Positions 53,161-62,305 of a stretch of 64,000 nt of DNA are shown here, piece after piece. The DNA is from an uncultured Nitrospiraceae bacterium. GTDB lineage: Bacteria > Nitrospirota > Nitrospiria > Nitrospirales > Nitrospiraceae. Location: contig CAWJWJ010000002.1 in assembly GCA_963846575.1 (NCBI GenBank), positions 1,760,001 to 1,824,000 on the forward strand. The letters run 5' to 3'. The notes under the pieces are model-generated. The model saw only the letters and a program-made list of their open reading frames with translations. It was not told the origin of the DNA and searched no databases. Within the stretch, counting starts at the first letter, position 1, and each line of letters begins with the position of its first letter. The position numbers and the translations under genes were made by a program.

Positions 53161-55269
53161 CTAATGCACGGTGGCGGCATGTTTCCCCGCCTTATGCTCC
53201 TCAATGACGCGGCCTGCGAGTTCTTTCGGCACCTCTTCGTACTGCGAGTACTCCATCAGGTACGTTCCCCGGCCTCCGGTCAGCGAATTCAGTGACGGGG
53301 CATACGATAACATTTCGGCTTGAGGAACAAGTGCCTTGACGGTTTCCATATGCCCGTTGGCCACGACCATGACAATCCGGCCGCGGCGTGCATTGAGATC
53401 ACCGAGGACCGCGCCGACGCAATCCGCCGGAACATCGACCTCTACGCTCATGACCGGCTCGAGCAGAATCGGATGCGCCGCCTCCAGGGCCTTCTTCACC
53501 CCCATAGAGCCGGCAATTTTGAAGGCCATTTCCGACGAATCCACCACATGGTAGGAGCCGTCGTACACGGTGACCCGAAGATCTACAACGGGGCAGCCGG
53601 CCAGCGGCCCTTCATGCAACGCCTCGACCACACCTTTCTCAACCGCCGGGACAAAGTTACGCGGGATGGCGCCACCGACTATCTTGTTCGCAAATGCGAA
53701 GCCCTGACCACGAGCCAAGGGACCGACTTCAAGCCAACAGTCTCCGTACTGACCGTGCCCGCCGGTTTGTTTCTTATACTTCCCTTGTGCCTGCGCCACC
53801 GTGCGAATCGACTCACGGTAGGCGATTTTCGGGGCATGCACCGTCACATCCGCCCCATACTTGCGATGCAGCTTTTCCAGCGCGACGTCGATGTGGAGTT
53901 GACCCATCCCACTCAATACCATTTCCTTGGTTTCCATGTGGCGAACAAACTCCAAGCAGGGGTCTTCTTCGATTAATTTGTGAAGCCCCAAACTGACCTT
54001 TTCCACGTCCGCCTTTGAGGCAGGTTCAATCGCGAATGACAGGATTGGTTTGGTGAACTGGATACGGGGATACTGAATCGGTGCTCGTTCGTCGCAGAGG
54101 GTATCGCCGGTCAGAGTATCCTTGAGCTTACCGATTGCCACAATGTCACCCGCGACGGCTCGCGGGAGCGGCGTATACTTTTTCCCGCAAATCGAAAATA
54201 CATGCCCCCCGCGTTCTTTCACCTGGCGTGTTGCATTATAAAAAGACGTGTCCGCCTCCAAGATGCCGGAATAAATACGCACATAGGACAGACGGCCCAC
54301 GAATGGGTCGATCAGAGTCTTAAATACGAGGGCCGAAAATGGATCACTCTCCAGCGGTTGGCGAGTGATCTGAGGCGATCCCTCCCGAATGGCATGACCA
54401 AGCAGCGGCGCGACTTGAGCCCGGCCAACCGGTGAAGGCATGAGATCCGCAAGACAGTTCAAGAGGGTAGAGATGCCAATGCGCCGAAGCGCCGAGCCAC
54501 CGATGATGGGAAGCATCAATCCACGCTGTACGCCGCGTCGCAATCCATCCAAGACGGCCTCGTCCGCCAATTCGCCATCCGTCAGATAGCGCTCCAGAAG
54601 CTGTTCGTCGGTCTCCGCGACCAGTTCGGTCAAGCGGCGCCTCGCACGATCGACCGGCTCGCGCCATTCGGATGGCACAGGGGCTTGCTGCGGCAGCGGG
54701 CGATCAGCCTGTGGCGTCACCATGAGGTTTTGGAGAAGGTCCACCACCGCGGTGAGTTGCGTACCGGCGCCAATTGGCAGTGTCAGGGGAATGACGGCAG
54801 TCTCGAGGTCCTTCATCAAGGTCTCCGCCAGCTGACCGAAATCCGTGCCGTCCCTGTCCAGGTCATTCACGAACACGACGCAAGGAAGTCCTGCCTCGCG
54901 GATGCTGGTCCAGAGCCGCTGGATGTCGCTTCGCACACCCATGGAGGCACTCACCACCAGAATCACGCTGTCTGACACCCGCAAAGCCGATCGCGTCTCT
55001 CCGGCGAAGCTGGGTGACCCCGGAGTATCAAGAAGATTGATGGAAGTGCCCTTGAAGGAGCAGCGAAGGGCGCTGGTATGAAGTGAGGTCCGGCGGTGAA
55101 TTTCTTCCGGTTCGAAATCAGAGGCCGTATTGCCCGCGACGACGGAACCTAGAGCAGGCAGAGTGCCGGCAGAATAAGCCAACGCTTCAACTAACGAGGT
55201 TTTTCCCGATCCCGCATTCGACACCACAGCCACATTTCTCATGGTTTCGGTGAGGGAAACGTTCATCAT
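53161..55269 (-). CDS. Elongation factor G paralog (EF-G2-like) with degenerate GTPase motifs
   Basis: EF-G domains II-V recognisable (GMGQLH, KKQTGGHGQYG, GSYH.VDSS, LLEP); GGAGG RBS. Confidence 0.9.
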   Translation of the reverse strand: MMNVSLTETMRNVAVVSNAGSGKTSLVEALAYSAGTLPALGSVVAGNTASDFEPEEIHRRTSLHTSALRCSFKGTSINLLDTPGSPSFAGETRSALRVSDSVILVVSASMGVRSDIQRLWTSIREAGLPCVVFVNDLDRDGTDFGQLAETLMKDLETAVIPLTLPIGAGTQLTAVVDLLQNLMVTPQADRPLPQQAPVPSEWREPVDRARRRLTELVAETDEQLLERYLTDGELADEAVLDGLRRGVQRGLMLPIIGGSALRRIGISTLLNCLADLMPSPVGRAQVAPLLGHAIREGSPQITRQPLESDPFSALVFKTLIDPFVGRLSYVRIYSGILEADTSFYNATRQVKERGGHVFSICGKKYTPLPRAVAGDIVAIGKLKDTLTGDTLCDERAPIQYPRIQFTKPILSFAIEPASKADVEKVSLGLHKLIEEDPCLEFVRHMETKEMVLSGMGQLHIDVALEKLHRKYGADVTVHAPKIAYRESIRTVAQAQGKYKKQTGGHGQYGDCWLEVGPLARGQGFAFANKIVGGAIPRNFVPAVEKGVVEALHEGPLAGCPVVDLRVTVYDGSYHVVDSSEMAFKIAGSMGVKKALEAAHPILLEPVMSVEVDVPADCVGAVLGDLNARRGRIVMVVANGHMETVKALVPQAEMLSYAPSLNSLTGGRGTYLMEYSQYEEVPKELAGRVIEEHKAGKHAATVH

Positions 55270-55397
55270 GACCTCCTCCAGTGAGTCGGCGGCCTCCATG
55301 GGCCTGGGTTAGATCTTTAAGAGAATACGATGCCTTCCTTTCTTATCCGCTCGATTGGCATCGGCCGGGCCGGTAGAGGGTCCACTTATGTGGGGAC

Positions 55398-56114
55398 TCA
55401 TACCGGTGAACCCGCGCCGTTCAGCCAACCTTGATCCGCGAAACTGACGTATCGCCCATCTCCCACAATCACATGATCCAGGACTTGAATACCCAGGAGA
55501 GTTCCAGCAGACACCAACCTGGACGTGAGCACCCGATCCTCCTGACTGGGTGTAGGATCTCCGCTAGGATGGTTATGAAGAAAAATGACTGCCGCAGCCG
55601 ACGCCCGCATGGCGGGGATAAACACTTCTCGTGGATGAACGATGCTCAAAGTCAGGCTGCCTTCAGATACGGTCACGTCACGAATGACTTGATGCTTGGC
55701 ATCCAGCAAAACCACCGCAAAGATCTCATGCCGTAGATCGCGCAACCGCGCGTGATAGTGCTTAAACAGGTCGGCACTGGAGCTGATCCGCATCCCAGTC
55801 GTCAGGGGGGCTGACACCGCGCGTTTGCCGAGTTCCACCGCCGCTATGATTTGAGCTGCCTTGGCAGGTCCGACGCCGGGGATCGTACAAAGTTCTTCAG
55901 CGCTACAGTGTAGAAGACCGGAGATTCCGCCAACGGATTCCAGGACTTCCATTCCGACCTTCACAGCGGACGCTTCCTGCCTTCCCACCCGCAGCAGGAT
56001 CGCAAGCAGTTGAGAGTCAGACAGGCTTTCGGCTCCCTCACAGAGCAAGCGCTCACGAGGGCGCTCAGTTTGCGGCCATTTATGGATGCCACGCCCTTGT
56101 TTCTTCACTGTCAT
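55398..56114 (-). CDS. radC: RadC/JAB domain protein
   Basis: RPRERL, HhH GVGPAKA, VHPREVF, HNHPSGDPTPS..D, LDHVI. Confidence 0.93.
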   Translation of the reverse strand: MTVKKQGRGIHKWPQTERPRERLLCEGAESLSDSQLLAILLRVGRQEASAVKVGMEVLESVGGISGLLHCSAEELCTIPGVGPAKAAQIIAAVELGKRAVSAPLTTGMRISSSADLFKHYHARLRDLRHEIFAVVLLDAKHQVIRDVTVSEGSLTLSIVHPREVFIPAMRASAAAVIFLHNHPSGDPTPSQEDRVLTSRLVSAGTLLGIQVLDHVIVGDGRYVSFADQGWLNGAGSPV

Positions 56115-56238
56115 TCTTTTGTTCCATGACAAAAAAATGTCGGCTTGCACCTTTTTGTGCTGGCCACTTGACGCCTAATCAATCTCCTGCTAGGGGCCTG
56201 CACAGTGTAACCAATTGAAAACACTTATTTTTACAATT

Positions 56239-56254
56239 TGGTTCGCGTCTTGCT
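56239..56254 (+). promoter_or_regulatory. sigma54 (-24/-12) promoter
   Basis: TGGTTCGCGTCTTGCT with GG-N10-GC spacing; IHF-like site upstream (minus strand TTTCAA-N4-TTA, about 56208-56220). Confidence 0.6.
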
Positions 56255-56298
56255 TCAGAGCAGGCACAGCTGTAAACGTCGCCACCCAGGAGGAGCAA

Positions 56299-56472
56299 AT
56301 GGAATGTCCGAAATGCAAAGGCATGATGATGTTGGAACGGTTCTCGGATTTTTTTCTGATTTTCTACGCGTGGAAGTGCATCAACTGTGGTGCCATCATT
56401 GACCGAACCATTTCGGCCAATCGCCGAAAGAGCCTGGCCGCTCGCGAAGCTCAGCCGGTTGCCACTCGTTAG
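56299..56472 (+). CDS. Small zinc-ribbon protein (57 aa)
   Basis: AGGAGGAG RBS; CPKC...W.CINCG. Confidence 0.8.
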   Translation: MECPKCKGMMMLERFSDFFLIFYAWKCINCGAIIDRTISANRRKSLAAREAQPVATR

Positions 56473-56783
56473 ACCGGCCGTCCGCTCGAATGGTCGATAC
56501 GGTTGGTGCGTGCTGAGTAGGTGTGGGACCATTGGCCGTCTCTCTAGCTCACGCCAATCGAGTGTAGAAGCGGCCTGATTATAACGAGCCTCCCTCCACG
56601 CGTCAAAGCGCGACCTCCCCATCGACGTCTACAGCACTCCCCGTCGCCCGACGGGGAGAAGTGGCTCCCCAGCCTGGCCGGCCCGCTTTCGTGACAGGCC
56701 TTCACCTTGACCCCTTCAAAAACGCTGTGTTAGATTCTCTCACTTCACAGCCAGAGACGAATGGCTCTCACCTGAATACGATC

Positions 56784-57356
56784 ATGCGCGTCATCGCAGG
56801 GGTTCATCGGGGCCGACGGTTGCTGGGTCCCAGGGGACAGGCCATCCGGCCGACCTCTGACCGCGTGAAGGAGGCCCTCTTTTCCATTCTTGGTGAACGT
56901 ACCACGGGAGCCCGCGTGCTTGACCTCTATGCCGGTACCGGGTCGATTGGAATTGAAGCCTTGAGCCGCGGCGCGGCACATGTCACCTTTGTCGAGGCAA
57001 ACCGTGAGGCGCTCCGCCTCGTACAGTCCAACCTTGAGCAATGCGGGCTTCAACAGGCCGCCCGTATTTGTGCCTGTCAGGTCAAGCAGTTTTTTAGCCG
57101 CGGCAGCCTTTGGTCCGGCCCCTATGACATCGTCTTCTGTGATCCCCCCTATCAGGTGACCCCGGAGCTGGTGGCACTAGCCAACACGTGGGAGGGGCCA
57201 TGGCTGGCAGTGGACGCCGTGGTGATTTTCGAGCACGGGAAAAAAGCGGACATTCCATCGCCCCTGGGGTCGCTCACCAGGGTGAAACGCTATGACTACG
57301 GGGACACCGCGCTCACACTGTTTCAGGTCACCCCCCGAGAAGCTCACACGTCATGA
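56784..57356 (+). CDS. rsmD: 16S rRNA (guanine966-N2)-methyltransferase
   Basis: MRVIAG..RG, RPTSDRVKE, DLYAGTG, DPPY. Confidence 0.93.
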   Translation: MRVIAGVHRGRRLLGPRGQAIRPTSDRVKEALFSILGERTTGARVLDLYAGTGSIGIEALSRGAAHVTFVEANREALRLVQSNLEQCGLQQAARICACQVKQFFSRGSLWSGPYDIVFCDPPYQVTPELVALANTWEGPWLAVDAVVIFEHGKKADIPSPLGSLTRVKRYDYGDTALTLFQVTPREAHTS

Positions 57357-57841
57357 AGATTGCCGTTTATCCAGGAACATTTGATCCGATAACGCATGGG
57401 CATAGTGATATTATTCGCCGCGGATTTCGGATGTTCGAAAAGGTGATTGTCGCGATTGCACCCAATCCGAGCAAACACCCGTTCTTCAGTCTGGAGGAAC
57501 GACTGGACATGGTCGCCCTGGTCACCAAGGATCTGCCGAATCTTGAGGTCACGACCTTCGAAGGGCTGCTGGTTGAGTTCGTTCAGAAAAGCGGCGCCCA
57601 CGCTATCTTGCGCGGATTGCGGGCGATATCCGATTTCGAGCATGAGTTTCAGATGGCCCTCATCAATCGAAAGCTTGCCGAAACCGTTGAGACCGTGTTC
57701 CTCATGCCCAGTGAAGAGTTTTCTTATCTGTCTTCCACCATTATTAAGGATGTCGCCAGACACGGCGGGGCGCTCAAAGACTTTGTCCACCCCGAAGTGG
57801 CCCGGAGACTCCAAGAACGAATTCGGAGTTTCAAAGGATGA
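57353..57841 (+). CDS. coaD: Phosphopantetheine adenylyltransferase
   Basis: YPGTFDPITHGH, RGLR..SDFE.E, SST. Confidence 0.96.
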   Translation: MKIAVYPGTFDPITHGHSDIIRRGFRMFEKVIVAIAPNPSKHPFFSLEERLDMVALVTKDLPNLEVTTFEGLLVEFVQKSGAHAILRGLRAISDFEHEFQMALINRKLAETVETVFLMPSEEFSYLSSTIIKDVARHGGALKDFVHPEVARRLQERIRSFKG

Positions 57842-59031
57842 AACTTGCAGCCCGTGTCGGAAGAATTGTCCCGTCCCCCACCCTGAGCATCACAGCTACC
57901 GCCAAAGCCATGGTCGCACAGGGAATCGATGTCATCGACTTTGCCTCCGGAGAACCGGATTTTGATACCCCTGAACCGGTGAAAGCGGCAGCCGAAGCTG
58001 CGATCCGGGCGGGATTCACGAAATACACGCCCTCGTCGGGCATCGACGAGTTGCGCGGCGCCATTGCCGACAAGTTAAAAGCCGAGCAGGGACTCCGATA
58101 TGAAAAATCCCAGATCCTCGTCTCCTGCGGCGCGAAACATTCGCTCTACAATCTTGCAGAGGCGCTGCTGGAGGCGGGTGATGAACTGATCATCCCGGTC
58201 CCTTTCTGGGTGTCCTACCAGGATCAGACTTTGCTGAACGATGCGACGCCAATCCTCCTGCATACGCAGGAGCAGGATGGGTACACGATCAGTGAGGAGG
58301 CGCTCGAAGCCGTCATTACCCCCCGCACCAAGGCCGTGATCGTCAATAGCCCGTCCAATCCAACCGGCGCGACTTATGATCGAAAAACGCTTGAAGGAAT
58401 CGCCGCCGTAGCCTTACGTCACGACCTCATCATCATTTCCGATGAGATCTACGAGAAAGTGCTCTACGACGGGCATCAGCACGTCAGCATCGCCGCCCTG
58501 AGTCCGGAAGTGGCTGCAAGAACAGTGGTGATTAACGGCGTCTCAAAGGCCTACGCCATGACCGGATGGCGGATCGGATATGCTGCCGGACCCAAGGATT
58601 TGCTCACGGCGATGGCCAATATTCAGAGCCAGAGCACGTCGAACCCCTGTTCAATTTCACAGAAGGCTGCCGTGGCCGCCTTGCGCCTGGGAGATCCGTT
58701 TACCAAGATGATGGTCGAGGAATTCGACCGGCGCCGTCGCGTGATGGTCGACCGGCTCAACAAGCTCCCCGGCGTGAGCTGCCGCATGCCGACAGGCGCG
58801 TTTTATGCTTTCCCGAATGTCAGTGGTTTGCTGGCCAGGCATTGGAAGAATCGCCCGATCGATTCTCCCGCGGCCTTGGCGACGTTTTTACTCGATGAAG
58901 CGCAGGTGGCGGTCGTTCCCGGAGAACCATTCGGAAGTGGATGCCATATTCGCCTTTCATACGCCACGGCGATGGAGTCCATTGAGCGAGGACTGGCTCG
59001 CATCGAGGTCGCCCTCGCGCGACTTTCCTAG
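57838..59031 (+). CDS. aspC: Aspartate aminotransferase (class I PLP)
   Basis: GEPDF, NSPSNPTG, SDEIY, SKAYAMTGWRIG. Confidence 0.88.
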   Translation: MKLAARVGRIVPSPTLSITATAKAMVAQGIDVIDFASGEPDFDTPEPVKAAAEAAIRAGFTKYTPSSGIDELRGAIADKLKAEQGLRYEKSQILVSCGAKHSLYNLAEALLEAGDELIIPVPFWVSYQDQTLLNDATPILLHTQEQDGYTISEEALEAVITPRTKAVIVNSPSNPTGATYDRKTLEGIAAVALRHDLIIISDEIYEKVLYDGHQHVSIAALSPEVAARTVVINGVSKAYAMTGWRIGYAAGPKDLLTAMANIQSQSTSNPCSISQKAAVAALRLGDPFTKMMVEEFDRRRRVMVDRLNKLPGVSCRMPTGAFYAFPNVSGLLARHWKNRPIDSPAALATFLLDEAQVAVVPGEPFGSGCHIRLSYATAMESIERGLARIEVALARLS

Positions 59032-59165
59032 CTCCGGAATCTTATCCGTGACGGCTCTTGATTTTTCAGGAATCGAGGTTACGTACAAAAGAGTAACCGT
59101 TCATAAGCTCTGACGATCACCCTCGCAGGATTCAGCAGGTCGCGTGACGACAGGAGGACAGACCC

Positions 59166-59570
59166 GTGCCCATTTATGAATACCAATGTAGTAGCTGCAC
59201 CCATCGGTTTGAATTGAAGCAGAGTATCAAGGACGACCCCATCAAGGAATGCCCTCGGTGCGGCAAGGACGTGACGAAGTTGATCTCCTCCCCTGCCATC
59301 ATGTTCAAAGGCAGCGGGTGGTATATCACCGATTACTCCGACAAGATGAAACCGGGTTCGGGCAGTGAATCGTCGGAGAAGCCGGCTGCTTCCGATGCGG
59401 AAAAAACAAAGACGCCAGCCTCGTCGGAGAACGGTGGAACGAGCCCTGCTGCGACGCCGGCTGCTGCCGCGCCCGCTCCGGCGGCATCCAGTTCCACAAC
59501 GACCTCCAGTGCAGGTCCAGCCAGCAGCGGGTCGTCGAATTCGAGCTCCTCTTCCTCTTCAGCGGCCTGA
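59166..59570 (+). CDS. FmdB family zinc-ribbon protein with low-complexity S/A tail
   Basis: AGGAGG RBS; MPIYEYQC..C...CPRCG...FKGSGWYITDY. Confidence 0.9.
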   Translation: MPIYEYQCSSCTHRFELKQSIKDDPIKECPRCGKDVTKLISSPAIMFKGSGWYITDYSDKMKPGSGSESSEKPAASDAEKTKTPASSENGGTSPAATPAAAAPAPAASSSTTTSSAGPASSGSSNSSSSSSSAA

Positions 59571-59704
59571 TCAGGTTGCCGGATCCGCGGGCATCATCTC
59601 AGCCGCCTGATGCTCGCCCACCGGCAGGTGGCACGTGCCATGTTGCGGAGGGATTCGGCGTCAGCATGGGGTGGGAGGCTCGGTGAGCCGGTGCTATGGG
59701 CGGA

Positions 59705-60145
59705 TCATCTGACCGGCGCCGGTTTCTTTTTCTTCACATTCGGCTTGCTGGGTGATTTCAACGGGGTCTTCGAAGCAGGCTTGACGGACTTCTTCGTTAC
59801 CGCTTTTCCTGACGACTTCGTCGCCTGTCCTTTTGTGGCCTTCACCGCGCGTTCTCTCGCCGCCGCAATGGTATGCTCCAGGTTGGCGATCATCGCCGAC
59901 TTTTCCTTGTTGACCCGCGTTAAATCCTCCACACGAATTTGAAGTTCTTCTTTCGCCTTGTTCGAGGCATTGAGCTGATTTTGCAGCAGAGCTTTGTCCG
60001 CGGCTGCCTGTTGAGCCTCGGAATGCAACTGTTCGATTTGAGCCTGTAGGGCCGGTGGCCAGAAATCGCAGCCAGCCAGCATGAGCAGGGCGCCGACTCC
60101 GGCCGCAGAAAATCCCATCACCGCGCGACGCGAACGAGTGAGCAT
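59705..60145 (-). CDS. Hypothetical lipoprotein, coiled coil plus Lys-rich tail
   Basis: GGAGG RBS; lipobox LAGC-D; heptad repeats; K/P/S-rich C-terminus. Confidence 0.7.
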   Translation of the reverse strand: MLTRSRRAVMGFSAAGVGALLMLAGCDFWPPALQAQIEQLHSEAQQAAADKALLQNQLNASNKAKEELQIRVEDLTRVNKEKSAMIANLEHTIAAARERAVKATKGQATKSSGKAVTKKSVKPASKTPLKSPSKPNVKKKKPAPVR

Positions 60146-60193
60146 AAGTAGTCCTCCAATGAGGGTGAATTATACCGACAACCGACCGTCAAA

Positions 60194-60841
60194 TCATGAT
60201 GAAAGTGTGTAGCCTCGACCTTCGAGCGCCATGCGAATCAAGTCGGTAGGGAGAATTCCTGCTCGGACCAGTCGCGGGCGGCCACGAGTGTCGATCAAGG
60301 TGGAGGGGAGCCCGCCTGGCGTACGACCTCCGTCCAAAATCAGATCGAGTGCGGACCCCAGCCTGCGTTCGATCTCATGCTGGTTGTCGATGGACGGTTC
60401 GGCGGAACGATTCGCGCTGGTTCCGGTCAAGGGGCCCGTTCGGGACAACAATCTCCGCAAGGATGACAACGGAGACAGACGAACTCCGATCGTTCCAGTG
60501 CCGGCGGTCAGCCAAGTCGACAGACCCGCTGCGGCCGGAAACACGAGCGTCAAAGGACCAGGCCAAAACTCATCCATGAGGAACGCGGCGGCGGGAGGAA
60601 TGGAGTCCACCAGTTGCGTCAACTGATCGCGCTCCCCGATCAGCACGAGAATCGGCTTGTCCGGAGGACGCCCTTTCACAGCGGCGAGGCGGCGGAGCGC
60701 TGCCTCCTGAGTAGGACGCACCGCCAGGCCATAGTAGGTTTCGGTAGGAAGCGCGACGACACCCTCCGCGGCTAAGACCTGCTCAACCTGCGGCAGGACG
60801 GTCTCACACGTGTCGTCGTTGAAGGGAAGGACCAAGGCCAT
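60194..60841 (-). CDS. tsaC: L-threonylcarbamoyladenylate synthase (YrdC/TsaC)
   Basis: PTETYYGL, KGR...KP, WPGPLT, TSANRS. Confidence 0.92.
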   Translation of the reverse strand: MALVLPFNDDTCETVLPQVEQVLAAEGVVALPTETYYGLAVRPTQEAALRRLAAVKGRPPDKPILVLIGERDQLTQLVDSIPPAAAFLMDEFWPGPLTLVFPAAAGLSTWLTAGTGTIGVRLSPLSSLRRLLSRTGPLTGTSANRSAEPSIDNQHEIERRLGSALDLILDGGRTPGGLPSTLIDTRGRPRLVRAGILPTDLIRMALEGRGYTLSS

Positions 60842-60874
60842 GACGCTGATGCAGATTCGATCAGGCCTTGGATG

Positions 60875-62140
60875 TTACAAGGCCCGATGCGCGATGTCGG
60901 TTCGATAATGTTGACCGTCGAAGAGAATTGAGGGCACGGTCCGGTAAACCTCTTCTCTCGCCTCCCGGAGGGAGGGAGCCCAGGCCGTCACGGCGAGCAC
61001 CCGTCCACCGGCCGTCACGATTGTTTCCGCGTTACGTTTCGTCCCGGCGTGGAACACGGCCACATGAGCATCCGCAGGCTGGGGACTTAGTCCCCGAATA
61101 ATGAACCCCGCCTGATACGAACCCGGATAACCGGGAGACGTCATCACAACACAAACCGCCGTATCAGTGCGCCATTCCACCGTGAGTTGATCCAGACGAT
61201 GGTTAACGACCGCCTCCATCACATCGACCAGATCGGTTTTTAGCAGCGGCAGCACGACTTCCGTTTCCGGATCCCCCATGCGCGCGTTGAATTCCAACAC
61301 GTACGGAACACCGTTTACAATCATGAGGCCCGCGTAGAGCACCCCTTGAAAGGGACAACCGAGCCGAGCCATCGCGTCGACGGTCGGTTGCAGCACCTGG
61401 CGGGTCACCTGTTCACGAAGCGCCGCTGTCGCGACGGGAGCGGGAGCATACGCGCCCATTCCTCCGGTATTCGGACCGGTGTCACCGTCCCCGACCCGTT
61501 TGTGATCCTGGGCCGGCACCATCGGGACAACCGTTTTCCCATCGGTGAAGGCCATGATGGTGAGCTCTTCCCCATCCAGAAATTCTTCGATTAAGACGCG
61601 ATGTCCGGCCTGCCCGAACAGCGATTTGTCCATGGCGTCATGCACGGCCCGCTTGGCTTCCTCGCGCGTGGTCGCCACCACGACGCCCTTCCCCTGCGCG
61701 AGGCCGTCCGCCTTCACCACGATCGGAACGGGTTGCTCGTCGAGATAGGCCAACGCCTGGTCGATTTGTTCGAAGCTGCGCGCCCTGGCCGTCGCGATAC
61801 CGTTGGCAGCCATGATGTCTTTGGAAAAACTTTTACTGGATTCCAACCGCGCGGCGGCTTTGGTCGGACCGAAGATTTTCAGCCGTGCCTTCCGGAACTC
61901 ATCCGCAATGCCGAGCGCCAAGGGAGCTTCGGGGCCGACTACCGTGAGGTCAATCTGTTCCTTGAGCGCGAAGTCCCTCAGCCCGGTGAGATCGTCGGCT
62001 TGAATGGGCACACAGGTCGCGAGGCTTTCAATGCCGGCATTGCCCGGTGCGCAGAAAACTTTCGGCTGTCGCCGGCTCTGCGAGATTTTCCAGACGAGGG
62101 CATGTTCGCGCCCGCCACCGCCAACCACCAGAATCTTCAC
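60875..62140 (-). CDS. purD: Phosphoribosylamine-glycine ligase
   Basis: GGGGREHAL, KADGLAQGKGV, QDHKR..DGD.GPNTGGMG, EFNAR.GDPE. Confidence 0.97.
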   Translation of the reverse strand: MKILVVGGGGREHALVWKISQSRRQPKVFCAPGNAGIESLATCVPIQADDLTGLRDFALKEQIDLTVVGPEAPLALGIADEFRKARLKIFGPTKAAARLESSKSFSKDIMAANGIATARARSFEQIDQALAYLDEQPVPIVVKADGLAQGKGVVVATTREEAKRAVHDAMDKSLFGQAGHRVLIEEFLDGEELTIMAFTDGKTVVPMVPAQDHKRVGDGDTGPNTGGMGAYAPAPVATAALREQVTRQVLQPTVDAMARLGCPFQGVLYAGLMIVNGVPYVLEFNARMGDPETEVVLPLLKTDLVDVMEAVVNHRLDQLTVEWRTDTAVCVVMTSPGYPGSYQAGFIIRGLSPQPADAHVAVFHAGTKRNAETIVTAGGRVLAVTAWAPSLREAREEVYRTVPSILFDGQHYRTDIAHRAL

Positions 62141-62305
62141 AGCTCAACCTTTAGTTTAGGCAACAGAATTGAAGGCTCGAACTTGAGGCTGCCTAGCCTG
62201 TCCGACCGACAGGCCACGAAGCGAGCCGGAGGCCTCAATGTACCATCGCGGGAACATTGAAACCCCGGCTCACTGATGCAACCCGCGGCCAGACAAGGAG
62301 CCGAT

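Noticed and set aside
55398..56114. radC as marker of a mobile element
   Set aside because: It is the full-length chromosomal form with an HhH region. No integrase, att site or cargo genes are nearby.
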